A stretch of 64,000 nt of DNA from a virus. The notes under the pieces were generated by a model. That model ran no database searches, was not told the origin of the DNA, and was given only the letters and a program-made list of their open reading frames with translations. Numbering within the stretch: the first letter of the stretch is position 1; every line of letters starts with the position of its first letter. A program made the position numbers and the translations under genes. This document shows, in pieces, positions 19,280 through 28,351 of this stretch. Where the stretch lies: the IMG/VR virus record IMGVR_UViG_3300009103_000003, positions 96,001 to 160,000 of that record. The stretch is one strand, 5' to 3'.

Positions 19280-19529
19280 CTTGGGCCTCCTCAACATCAG
19301 ACCACAGCAGCCAAGGGGCTATGATTGGTCCATCATCAGGGCTTGCGCACCCGTCACTATCTGGGGCCCAAACGTCAATAGAGATGCCCTCACTATTCGT
19401 GAGGATTCCTATGTCGGCTGATGTTTCACCGTCAGGACTCGTAACTCTTATCCAGACCCGTGCACCTTCGTGTGCTTTAGTACGTTCATACTCGGTGTCG
19501 CCCGTTTGTATCAGGGCGATGCCTTCCAT
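19257..19529 (-). CDS. Hypothetical protein
   Basis: Acidic 90-aa ORF coupled to both neighbours. Confidence 0.5.
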   Translation of the reverse strand: MEGIALIQTGDTEYERTKAHEGARVWIRVTSPDGETSADIGILTNSEGISIDVWAPDSDGCASPDDGPIIAPWLLWSDVEEAQDEDSGDN

Positions 19530-19714
19530 TATGACCCCGCCTTAACAGTGTCATCTGCTTGCTCATGGTATTCAGGTTTCTTCGTATCTGAAGTAACCTT
19601 TCCGCCTAGAGCTTTAACAACTGCATCGGTGTATTTGGTACACCCCGCGCCTTTGACCCCATCAACCTCTATCTCGGTTGACCCGTCAGGGTTCACTATC
19701 ACTTTGACTTCCAT
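19529..19714 (-). CDS. DUF2997 family protein
   Basis: VKVIVNPDGSTEIEVDGVKGAGCTKYT...LGG...KPEY is the typical pattern. Confidence 0.75.
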   Translation of the reverse strand: MEVKVIVNPDGSTEIEVDGVKGAGCTKYTDAVVKALGGKVTSDTKKPEYHEQADDTVKAGS

Positions 19715-20552
19715 AGAGTCTCCTCCAGTAACTGTTAAAATTTTGGCCGACTTGCTCAGCGGCTTCGTAGTACCCTGGACCTAAGTTATTTCCCTCAGGA
19801 TCAACAAAGTAAGCCCCAGATTGACGCAGTGTGTCACTAGCAATCAGAGCCCTCAGAAGCTCAAAGTTCCGGTCAAAACCTTTCTGGTTAAATATGAATC
19901 CATATGCGTTGCTTCCTGGCGGTGCGCTCAACGATCTAAACACAGAAAATTCTATCTTTGCGTAAGCCAATTCCCCATATTCTGTTCTTATCTGGTCCCT
20001 CCGATTACGAACCCTGGTGTCACATATATTATTAAGTACACCCTCAAAGGATGAGACAGGTGTCGGCACCAGAGCACCAATTGGAACCCGAAGCTGGCTT
20101 GTAACAAGCACGAGCGCTTCCTTCGCAATAGCTTCTTCACGTAGGGTGGAGAGGCCATGAAAAACAAGCTTTTTCTGTGCATAAGGCTCTCTTGAGCCTA
20201 CAGCGTAATTCAATTCAGTAAATGTTTCTAGGTTGGAAATGCTGTCGATAACGACAACTTTAGCGCCGTGCACCAAGGCAGAGAAAGCAGCTTCAATAGC
20301 TGCCTCCCCAAACCTTGGTGACACGACTACGCAGTCCGTAGGACCAGCGTCACTAAAATATACTTTGTCGGGCAAGCCTTCTGTGTAGACAAGAGCAGTC
20401 GGGTGACCATCAATTGAAGCTTCACGCATCACACTAAGGCATAGGGAGGTTTTGCCGCAAGCATCACCACCCACAATCTCAGACACACCAATCGGGAACC
20501 CCCCAAACAGTGCCTCATCTAACTGGCATACCCCAGTGCGAAACTTCTTCAA
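19686..20552 (-). CDS. Divergent RecA/UvsX-family ATPase
   Basis: TG...LDEALFGGFP, Walker A GGDACGKT, Walker B VVVIDSIS, TSQLR. Confidence 0.7.
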   Translation of the reverse strand: MKKFRTGVCQLDEALFGGFPIGVSEIVGGDACGKTSLCLSVMREASIDGHPTALVYTEGLPDKVYFSDAGPTDCVVVSPRFGEAAIEAAFSALVHGAKVVVIDSISNLETFTELNYAVGSREPYAQKKLVFHGLSTLREEAIAKEALVLVTSQLRVPIGALVPTPVSSFEGVLNNICDTRVRNRRDQIRTEYGELAYAKIEFSVFRSLSAPPGSNAYGFIFNQKGFDRNFELLRALIASDTLRQSGAYFVDPEGNNLGPGYYEAAEQVGQNFNSYWRRLYGSQSDSEP

Positions 20553-22126
20553 CTCATGATTCTCCTTCTGGTCTTTTTACTCGATGGTTTACGAATCTCC
20601 TTTTGGGAGTTGTCGTTTGCCATTATAGCTCGACCAGCCGCCCATTTACGCAGGCCCTCAATTTGAGTCTCCATAGTGGCGGAAAGTGGAACTGTGTTAA
20701 CAGCGGCTGATAGGTAGTCGTCTGCTGTAGGATCTCTTCCTTCAGGAAAAGCTTTATACATACCATCAATAATAATTTGCTCTAGCTCAGCGCCAGAGAA
20801 ACCATCTGTGGCATCGACTAGTGCGGCCATTCCAGTGTCATGTCCGGGGTAATCCCCAGTTAAAACGGAAGGGTCTCTACCGTATCTACCAAGATGGATA
20901 TTGATAATAGACTCCCGGTCTTCTTCCCCCGGAAGATCTACGAAAAACAGCTCATCAAAGCGACCTTTACGCAACATCTCTGGTGGAAGTGCCGATACAT
21001 CATTTGCTGTTGCAACGACGAACACCGGAGATGTCTTTTCTTGCATCCAACTCAGGAAGGAACCGAAGACCCTTGCGGTCGTCCCACTATCGGAGACTCC
21101 TGTAGAACTTCCTAGGCTTTTCTCAAGCTCGTCAATCCACAAGACACAAGGCGCTAAGGCCTCAGCAGTTTTAAGGGCTTTTCGCATGTTCGCTTCTGAT
21201 TGACCAACTAGCGAGCCAAATAGCGAGCCTACATCCATCCTTAAGACGGGCATACCCCAATCATGTCCGATGCACTTTGAGACAAGGCTTTTACCTGTTC
21301 CTGGGATTCCTACAATAAGAACTCCGCGTGGGTTAGGTAGTCCGTACTCTCGTGCTTCTTCACTGAACGAGCCGCCCCGTTGGTGCAGCCACTTCTTCAG
21401 ATTCTCAAGCCCCCCAACAGAGTTCATGTCTCTGTCAACATCGTAGAACTGGAGCACCCCACTCTTTCGGATGATGTGCTTTTTCTCCTCAATGATTATT
21501 TGGGGGTCGAGCATGCTCGCATGGGCTAGAGACTTCGCAAAGACGTTTTCGGCTTCAGCCAATGTTAGTCCGAGTGCTGCGTTTGACCCAATGTCCACCA
21601 TGTTGTTTCTAGCGTCCTCTTGCAAGGTTGCCGTGGCTGCACAGTCGGCCATCAAAAGATGTGCTGTCCCGTTTAGCTCTTGAATACTTGGTAGATCAAA
21701 ATCAACTACTGCAATAAGCTTCTCTAACCGAGGCGGGATCTCAAGCTCAGAGTCAACAATAACGATGTTGATTCCTGGGCCTAGATTAGAAAGGGTATCT
21801 CTCAGCTTACGCTGAACCAAATACTCTGGTCCGGTGTTAAGAAAATTAGCAAAGTCTCGTAATAGGAATACGCCGGATTCTCTATACCCCTGGATATAAT
21901 CCAGAACATCTAGAGGTCCGTCGAGTTCTGAAAGAACATTTTCACCGCAACGGCAACCTTCAGTGATTGACCAAACATGTAATTTGGAATTCAACCCCTG
22001 CTTGTTGTTCCGTCTCTCGATTATTCCTGATAAGCACTGCTCTACCCGACCTTCTTCGTAGGAAACTACAAAGATGGCCGGGTAGGCAGCACGAATCAGA
22101 AGGTCGAGTTCTTCGACCGACCTCAT
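20549..22126 (-). CDS. Ycf46-type AAA+ ATPase (degenerate N-terminal AAA plus active AAA)
   Basis: VGGLENLKKWL, GIPGTGKS, VLWIDELEK, ATAN, LPPEMLRKGRFDE. Confidence 0.9.
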   Translation of the reverse strand: MRSVEELDLLIRAAYPAIFVVSYEEGRVEQCLSGIIERRNNKQGLNSKLHVWSITEGCRCGENVLSELDGPLDVLDYIQGYRESGVFLLRDFANFLNTGPEYLVQRKLRDTLSNLGPGINIVIVDSELEIPPRLEKLIAVVDFDLPSIQELNGTAHLLMADCAATATLQEDARNNMVDIGSNAALGLTLAEAENVFAKSLAHASMLDPQIIIEEKKHIIRKSGVLQFYDVDRDMNSVGGLENLKKWLHQRGGSFSEEAREYGLPNPRGVLIVGIPGTGKSLVSKCIGHDWGMPVLRMDVGSLFGSLVGQSEANMRKALKTAEALAPCVLWIDELEKSLGSSTGVSDSGTTARVFGSFLSWMQEKTSPVFVVATANDVSALPPEMLRKGRFDELFFVDLPGEEDRESIINIHLGRYGRDPSVLTGDYPGHDTGMAALVDATDGFSGAELEQIIIDGMYKAFPEGRDPTADDYLSAAVNTVPLSATMETQIEGLRKWAAGRAIMANDNSQKEIRKPSSKKTRRRIMS

Positions 22127-23047
22127 TTATTCGCCTACTCGAATCTTCTTTCGACGCTTTTTCTTCACGGGTGCTGGGGCTTCTTCCTCAACGACCACAC
22201 CATCGGCCTCGTCAACTCGATACAACATATCTTCCGTATCTAGCTCACAAAAGTACCAACGGATTACTTGGGCCAAGGAACGACGATGTTCTTCATCAAC
22301 ACCGTCAGCATCAGCGGTCGCCAAGAGAGTACGAAGTTCTTCAACTTCTCGCTTAGACCTGTAGGTCTTTGCTCGCTTCCGCTGCTCGGTTGCAGGGATT
22401 CCCTTGTCTTCCGTAGTCAAGATCTGCTCAAGAATCTCTGTCTGCTTAGCAACATCAGGAGTTCCATCTTCCTTCAATACCCGTGACAGCTTCTTAGCCT
22501 GGGTAAGTCGGATGTTCCCGTGTCGCAGAGCTTCAAAAGCCTCCTTGCACAAACCTCGGTAGGTCGAGGTCATGACACTTACCTGAGGCTGTGAAACAGA
22601 TAGCATAGCTGCCACCTCTTCCTGATGCCCAACTCGATCAACGAGCTTGGCAATCGCCTCACACTGGTCTGCGTGATTCAGCGAACTTCGCTGCATATTT
22701 TCACTCAGGTTTAGCGCGAGAGCCTCTTCCAAGGACCCGGTAAATACCGAGCACTGGATTTGGTCATAGAATTTACTTGTATCCTCGTTCGCCTCCTTTA
22801 GAGCAGCACGCTCCTCAGAAATAGCTTGATAACGACGATAACCTGCGAGCAGAACCAGCCTCTCAGCCCCATCCTCGTCCTTATATACTCGGACGATGGG
22901 CGGGTTCAGAAGGCCGTCCCGCTTAATAGAGTCGCGTAGCTCTGCGACCTCGAATGCATTAGCCTTCCGACAATTCTGGAAGCCGTCTGCGTTTCTCTCA
23001 ATGTCGTCAAAATTAAACTTCTTCAGACGTAGTTGACGCTGCGTCAT
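22127..23047 (-). CDS. ParB/Spo0J-like protein
   Basis: LRDSIKRDGLLNPPIVR, LLAGYRRYQA, ENMQRSSL, then an HTH-like region. Confidence 0.8.
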   Translation of the reverse strand: MTQRQLRLKKFNFDDIERNADGFQNCRKANAFEVAELRDSIKRDGLLNPPIVRVYKDEDGAERLVLLAGYRRYQAISEERAALKEANEDTSKFYDQIQCSVFTGSLEEALALNLSENMQRSSLNHADQCEAIAKLVDRVGHQEEVAAMLSVSQPQVSVMTSTYRGLCKEAFEALRHGNIRLTQAKKLSRVLKEDGTPDVAKQTEILEQILTTEDKGIPATEQRKRAKTYRSKREVEELRTLLATADADGVDEEHRRSLAQVIRWYFCELDTEDMLYRVDEADGVVVEEEAPAPVKKKRRKKIRVGE

Positions 23048-23195
23048 TAGTTTCTCCTTACTTCGATCTCAGTGATTGTATTATTAAGTTGATATTACTA
23101 CGGGATAATACCGCAATAGCCGAGCAATAGTAATAATCCTCTAGTTTTACCTTTTGTAGCAATATCCACCCAAAGGTCTCAGCAAACATGCTTTT

Positions 23196-23310
23196 TGACA
23201 ACATACTTATTGTCAATGACAAGTCCTGCCTGTCAACTGAAAACATAGTGTTTACCTATATTTAGAGGATGTTTTCCGCTCGGCGGTAGGTGACAACAGA
23301 GTTATTGTCA
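23196..23310. repeat. Three TGACA-N9/10-TGTCA palindromic sites
   Basis: Sites at 23196-23215 (N10), 23217-23235 (N9), 23291-23310 (N10). Confidence 0.8.
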
Positions 23311-23317
23311 CCCATCC

Positions 23318-24430
23318 TTACTCATCTCCTTTTGTATAGATTGCTCTTCTCCTCCTACCCTGCGCCTTTACTGATGTAGATCCATCAATGAAAGGTTTTA
23401 ATGCCGCAGGGTCCCCAACAACCGTTACAGAACCATCTGGTAGCAGTTGTATCTTAATCCCTGGTAGCTCTAACCAGATTTGGTCAGAGACTGCCGTCAA
23501 CTTTTGTAGACTGGGATAGTACTGCTTCAGGTTCTGAAGCTCTGTTCCCAGAGCCATTAAGGTTGAGGGTCTGGCAGTAGTAGCAATCTCTCCAGAGTCT
23601 CTTCTATGCTTGTGAATAGCTTCTCTCTCTAACCTGTCAAAGTCTGTCCTTCTTAGGGTGTCCATTTCAGTTGTTAGAGTCGTAAACCACTCATTCGCTT
23701 CTATATAGGCTGTCTTTCTACCAGCCTCTAACTTTAATCTTCCAAGCATCTTCCCTAGGATTACTCTTTCTTCTCCTATGGATACCAGCCTCTCCCTTGA
23801 ATTGGAGAATGCTGTTAGGGCTTCCTGTAGTTTTTCATTTGAGTCAACAGGGTCCCCTGATGCTGAACAATACTTTTCTCTTAGCAGTGCAATACCGTTG
23901 GATGTTTCCTGAACGGTTGCTCTAGCTTCTTGGATACCACCTATGAGTGAAGTTACATCTACTTCATCTTTCTCAAGTAACCCACCAAGACTGGCTATAC
24001 GACTTCTAAAGGTAGTCAGAAACTCTCTAGTAAACTTAAATGTATGTAAGCAGCTTTTAGGGTTTCTGGCTAACTTGTCTAGCGCATATTGTTTACCTGT
24101 TACGAAGGGTGGTGTACTTCGGTATGTTTTACATCCCTTCAGAAGGGTAGCTGTTTCAGCATCCATTATTCTAAAAGGCATATAGATATGTACCCAGGCT
24201 TCGTTGTCCTCTTTCCAAAGGTATACGTGCCCACGTTCAATTGGTGTTAAATCTTGCTCATCCCAGGGAGCACCATCTACAGGGTCTATGAAATCATTTC
24301 TAGACCAGCGACTGGTATTTGAGGTAGGATGGCAAACCACTTGGATGTGAGGTTCAGCCCGGATGTTCAAAAGCTCATGTGCTGCCATTAAACCTCCTTC
24401 GGGGAATAAGTGTGTTAGGGTGACAGACAT
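23318..24430 (-). CDS. Hypothetical protein (370 aa) with coiled-coil middle
   Basis: Long intact ORF; no recognised motif. Confidence 0.7.
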   Translation of the reverse strand: MSVTLTHLFPEGGLMAAHELLNIRAEPHIQVVCHPTSNTSRWSRNDFIDPVDGAPWDEQDLTPIERGHVYLWKEDNEAWVHIYMPFRIMDAETATLLKGCKTYRSTPPFVTGKQYALDKLARNPKSCLHTFKFTREFLTTFRSRIASLGGLLEKDEVDVTSLIGGIQEARATVQETSNGIALLREKYCSASGDPVDSNEKLQEALTAFSNSRERLVSIGEERVILGKMLGRLKLEAGRKTAYIEANEWFTTLTTEMDTLRRTDFDRLEREAIHKHRRDSGEIATTARPSTLMALGTELQNLKQYYPSLQKLTAVSDQIWLELPGIKIQLLPDGSVTVVGDPAALKPFIDGSTSVKAQGRRRRAIYTKGDE

Positions 24431-24533
24431 TTGGTTGTCAACACACTTATACCAGATATCTGCTGTAAGTAGCCGTTAAACCTGGATTTCTGTGACAGCT
24501 TTGGGGTTGTCACTGACAACCACCCACTTGTCA
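24421..24533. repeat. Three TGACA-N10-TGTCA palindromic sites
   Basis: Sites at 24421-24440, 24493-24512, 24514-24533. Confidence 0.8.
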
Positions 24534-24541
24534 TTAATGAT

Positions 24542-24590
24542 AAAAAACAGAGTAGGGTGGGGACGCGACAAAAGTCACGCCCCCACCACT
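24542..24590 (-). terminator. Intrinsic terminator closing the Ubl/E2/JAB/E1 operon
   Basis: Imperfect GC stem (GGTGGGG..CGCGAC/GTCACGCCCCACC), followed on the minus strand by CTCTGTTTTTT. Confidence 0.6.
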
Positions 24591-24601
24591 AACATAGAAT
24601 A

Positions 24602-25423
24602 TTACTGACCTTCAACCACATTGTTGCTTGGGGTCTTGGAATGCTTCGGTGCAGCGGCCTTCACGGCATACTGACGAACCTTCTTAAACCTGAACCCATG
24701 CTCCCTCATCAAAGAGGTCTGTGCAGTTGACAGAGCAGATGTAATGGCTACCTGACTACTCTCGCTGTCCCAGGCACCCTCAACGCACTTGGCGTAGGTG
24801 GGCTGAACAAACTGAGCGATGTATTCAGGAACATCAACAACCAATTTCAGGCCCCGCTTTTCCGCGAGGTCGGAAAGATAGAATGGAACACCCATCAGGC
24901 CCAACGCCTTTGTGGTGGTCTCATCCATCACCCCCTCCTCCACAGAGAGGCCGGTGCCGCTTGCAACCAAGTCCTTCAGGGCTTCGAAGTTGTGAGGCTT
25001 CTCTTTGGCGTCTCGGTACTTGATAGCACACGAAAGAAACGCACAGATGAACTCCTCACGGGCTCGGGCCTTTTCAGCCTTGGTAGGCTTCTTGGAACCA
25101 CGCTTCCACCCACCCCTGGTGATGAAGTTCAACGCGGCAGAGCCGTCGAAGTAACCATCGCAGGACAGAGTGAACCCGAACTTGCATTGCCAAGTCCGCT
25201 TCCCATCGCTGTACTCTGGAACACCTGAGTAGTAAACCGCCTTGGTATCGGGGTCCACCACACGGAGCATCCGCGTGACAACGTTATTATAAGTAATAGT
25301 AATAACATCTGGTGCCCGCTCCGGGTCAATCAGATTCAGCATAGCTTGCCCCATACCGGGAAGCTTCCATTTGGACTTGTTTGGGCCAGTCTTCTGACCT
25401 TGGTTGTTATCGTTGGTAGCCAT
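24602..25423 (-). CDS. Hypothetical protein (273 aa), last gene of the ubiquitin-like operon
   Basis: RBS GAGGAG; intact ORF 31 nt after E1. Confidence 0.7.
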   Translation of the reverse strand: MATNDNNQGQKTGPNKSKWKLPGMGQAMLNLIDPERAPDVITITYNNVVTRMLRVVDPDTKAVYYSGVPEYSDGKRTWQCKFGFTLSCDGYFDGSAALNFITRGGWKRGSKKPTKAEKARAREEFICAFLSCAIKYRDAKEKPHNFEALKDLVASGTGLSVEEGVMDETTTKALGLMGVPFYLSDLAEKRGLKLVVDVPEYIAQFVQPTYAKCVEGAWDSESSQVAITSALSTAQTSLMREHGFRFKKVRQYAVKAAAPKHSKTPSNNVVEGQ

Positions 25424-25454
25424 AACACATCTCCTCTTATAAAATTTTTATAAG

Positions 25455-26120
25455 CTAGCTCGCAGAATTGCGATTTAAGTGGAAGTTGAGGAAGTCTACA
25501 TCCACTGAATAATTTATCTCATCACCGATAATACTTTTGGCAACGAGAGCACAAATAATACTTGAAATGCCATATGCGCAGAAAATTGTGCTTTTTTCTG
25601 TGCACGGTAGCTGCACCGCTTCTTCGTCAGGAAACAGACTTTGGTCGTAGTAGGAAACGCTGTTTGCATTTGATTTGTCTACATAGAAGACAGATCCTTC
25701 ACGCGCTCCCATACGACCGTCCAGGAAATACTTTGCTCCGCTGCTTACAAGAAAGCTTGACCAGATATCTGAGCGAGCAGACATATTGTCCACTGCTGAG
25801 ATTACATAGTCTTCTTGGAAGGTTTCACCCCCCTCGAACTTCCTGTCTTCAGCGATGATTTCCGCACCGGTTCCTTCCGATAGCCGTTGCTGCAAGGCTT
25901 CACATTTCTTATACCCAATTTCGGTCACGAAATAGCCTTGATTGGCTACGTTGTGAGACTCGACATCGTCAAAGTCATAGATGCGTATCTTTCGAATACC
26001 CATCTTGCACAAGGCTTCAGCAACATGGGACCCAATAGCCCCTGCGCCAACAATAGCTACAGAGCGGTTCTGTACGATTTCGTCTGGGATAATTCCGGAC
26101 TGGCGTGTGGTATCAATCAT
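25455..26120 (-). CDS. E1-like (ThiF/MoeB) Ubl-activating enzyme
   Basis: VAIVGAGAIGS, YDFDDVESHNVANQ, SAVDNMSAR, LDGRMG, candidate catalytic Cys in LPCTEKS. Confidence 0.9.
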   Translation of the reverse strand: MIDTTRQSGIIPDEIVQNRSVAIVGAGAIGSHVAEALCKMGIRKIRIYDFDDVESHNVANQGYFVTEIGYKKCEALQQRLSEGTGAEIIAEDRKFEGGETFQEDYVISAVDNMSARSDIWSSFLVSSGAKYFLDGRMGAREGSVFYVDKSNANSVSYYDQSLFPDEEAVQLPCTEKSTIFCAYGISSIICALVAKSIIGDEINYSVDVDFLNFHLNRNSAS

Positions 26121-27136
26121 ACTGCCACCCCAACCGGCTCATCTTCATCCTCGTCGTCTTCTCCAAACTCTGCTGCTAGGATTTTCTGGACTTCATCGTC
26201 CTGTTCTTCGTCGTCCTTTTTGCTTCCGACGTCGTAGTACAGTCCAGACAACTCATCCAAAATTTCCTCTGTGCTCATTTCTTTTGCGTACCACTTAGAG
26301 TGATATTCAATGACCTCTGTAAGATCTACGATGTTTTCTTCGTAGAGTTCTGCCAGAAGCTCTAGTTCATCGGGCAACCGCAGAGACTCTTTTACGTACT
26401 CAACATTCGCGATCAAGTCATCTTCGTCCGAAGCGCTTTCGCTTTTGTCGTCTCCAGCTTCTTTGCTTTGATGACCGCCGTCCCAGCCGATGTAGTCGTC
26501 GTCCCAGTGGCCGAAGAAGCTCTGGTGGCCGTTTACTTTTCCCGTGTATGAACCGGTAGTGTACTTTCTTGTGTGTTTGACAACATTTAGTTGCGTAGGC
26601 GCGGGTCGAGAGACGTGGTCTTCAACCATCTCCTTTGCCCAGCCGTCCTCCAAGATGCTTACCTGATCAACAGACCATCCACACTTTTCAAAGGAAAACC
26701 TGAACGGGTTGTACATATCTACCCGGACATTGAGGTCTCTCTTTTTGTTGGAGATTACGCTAATACAGACCTTATCAAAATTGAATTCTTCAATTTGTTT
26801 CTCGTCTGTTCCGGAATGACCGGTATCCATATTTACATGGGAGTGCCACCATACACAGATTTGGTCTGAACTTATCCCCTGGTCCCTAAGCTCCAAAGAC
26901 ACATCTGCATAAGAGTCCATATCGAAGACAGTACTGCCCCCAGTGCACTCTTGGTCTGGAACATAGAATTCTAGAACATAGAAAGGCTCTTTAATGCCCC
27001 ACTCATTTCGTTGAGCATCTGTGGCAATAATACCAATTGCTGATATCTCAATTGGGCACTCATCAGTCAATGCTGTCATTTGTTGATATGCTTTTTGTGT
27101 AAATCGGACGGTTGGCTTTGTTAGAACTTTAGTCAT
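26117..27136 (-). CDS. JAB/MPN+ metallo-isopeptidase with long acidic tail
   Basis: PIEISAIG...YVPDQEC...WWHSHVNMDTGHSGTD (E...HxH..S..D); start after GGAGG, overlapping the E2 stop. Confidence 0.85.
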   Translation of the reverse strand: MTKVLTKPTVRFTQKAYQQMTALTDECPIEISAIGIIATDAQRNEWGIKEPFYVLEFYVPDQECTGGSTVFDMDSYADVSLELRDQGISSDQICVWWHSHVNMDTGHSGTDEKQIEEFNFDKVCISVISNKKRDLNVRVDMYNPFRFSFEKCGWSVDQVSILEDGWAKEMVEDHVSRPAPTQLNVVKHTRKYTTGSYTGKVNGHQSFFGHWDDDYIGWDGGHQSKEAGDDKSESASDEDDLIANVEYVKESLRLPDELELLAELYEENIVDLTEVIEYHSKWYAKEMSTEEILDELSGLYYDVGSKKDDEEQDDEVQKILAAEFGEDDEDEDEPVGVAV

Positions 27137-28238
27137 TAGTTCCTCCTGGATTGGTTTGTTGTTGAGCGAAACGGGCTGCATACTCGTTTCTTGAGATGCA
27201 GGGTGTTCCGTTTATTCCTCTATATGATGCTGGCGGGTTTATCGGATGAACGTGATGAACCATGCAGCAGCTATGGCAGTGACCACAGCCGCTAAGGTCT
27301 TCTTGTTCTTGGATAGTTCCGCATTCGTTGCATCTAGGACACTCACAATCCGCCATGATGTGGTTCCCTGACTCACATACAGCGTTGTCCCATCTGTTTG
27401 GGCACCACGCAGATAAGTGTACGTACGGGTTCTCTCTATTATAATGTTGTAGAAAGTCCGTGAGCGTTTCGATTACTTTAGCGATATCCTTAACACCCAT
27501 ATCTTGTATTAGGGTGGGTTGGATATTGCCTAGGCATGCTGCACCATGCTCGTTTAGATGTGGGTGCGGATAGTTTCTCCTGTTACCCTCATCCGGGTTA
27601 ACGCTTTTGCAGTATACAGTGACTCGGTTTCCTCGAACGGGGTCACCGTTGTAAGTTACAGAGCAATCAAATTTACCAAAGTTGTGTGGGAGAACAGATC
27701 CGAAACCATCTTTTATGAAGATATCGTTAGTTCTCCAAGTTAGTTTTTGCTCATCTGCACTGATTGTGGAGAACTTGATTGGGACACGCGTATCGATGAG
27801 ACCCTCAATGAAACGAATCATCAACGCTCTTTTTTCGAAACCATCCTCTGTGTAGATTTCTCCGTTCAACTCCAAGCGCCTTTTTATCTGCGCAATAGCT
27901 CGCTCACACCTTTCCGCTCGGTCTCTTGCCTGAGAAGACTTTGAACTTCGGTCCATAAGCTTTTGTCTGGCAGCACGCGTTCTCGCTCTGGCACGGTCGT
28001 ACTCTGCCTCCTTGGCAGCAAGGCGTTGCTGGGCTCGGGTATAGATAGCCGACCTAGCAGAGACCTTATTGTTGTGCATTCGTTCTGCGGCACGCTCTCT
28101 TTCTAGCGCGGCAGACAATTTTATAAGCTCTTTTGAAGCAAGACTTTCTGAGTCGGTGATGATGGTCTGAAGTTGTTTGGCAATCAGAGCGTCGTCACCA
28201 TTAAAAGTTAGTTCGTAGTTTTTTGCTGTTGATGCCAT
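27129..28238 (-). CDS. Prokaryotic E2-like conjugating enzyme with N-terminal coiled coil and C-terminal Cys/His-rich region
   Basis: NYPHPHLNEHGAACLGN (HPH...G..CLG), then helix ...FLQHYNRENPY; start after GGAG RBS. Confidence 0.75.
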   Translation of the reverse strand: MASTAKNYELTFNGDDALIAKQLQTIITDSESLASKELIKLSAALERERAAERMHNNKVSARSAIYTRAQQRLAAKEAEYDRARARTRAARQKLMDRSSKSSQARDRAERCERAIAQIKRRLELNGEIYTEDGFEKRALMIRFIEGLIDTRVPIKFSTISADEQKLTWRTNDIFIKDGFGSVLPHNFGKFDCSVTYNGDPVRGNRVTVYCKSVNPDEGNRRNYPHPHLNEHGAACLGNIQPTLIQDMGVKDIAKVIETLTDFLQHYNRENPYVHLSAWCPNRWDNAVCESGNHIMADCECPRCNECGTIQEQEDLSGCGHCHSCCMVHHVHPINPPASYRGINGTPCISRNEYAARFAQQQTNPGGTND

Positions 28239-28248
28239 AGTTTCTCCA

Positions 28249-28286
28249 CAAAAAAATAGCGGATGCCCCCCGAAGGGGACACCCGC
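28249..28286 (-). terminator. Intrinsic terminator between Ubl and E2
   Basis: GCGGGTGTCCCC-TTCG-GGGGGCATCCGC followed by TATTTTTTT. Confidence 0.8.
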
Positions 28287-28351
28287 CACTTTTATTACTC
28301 GTTATATTATTGGTCAGGTATAACGAGTTTGGGTCAGGAGACTAGTAACGA

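Noticed and set aside
28239-28289. Longer E2 start (28289) given in the ORF track
   Set aside because: It runs through the terminator hairpin; ATG 28238 has a GGAG RBS.
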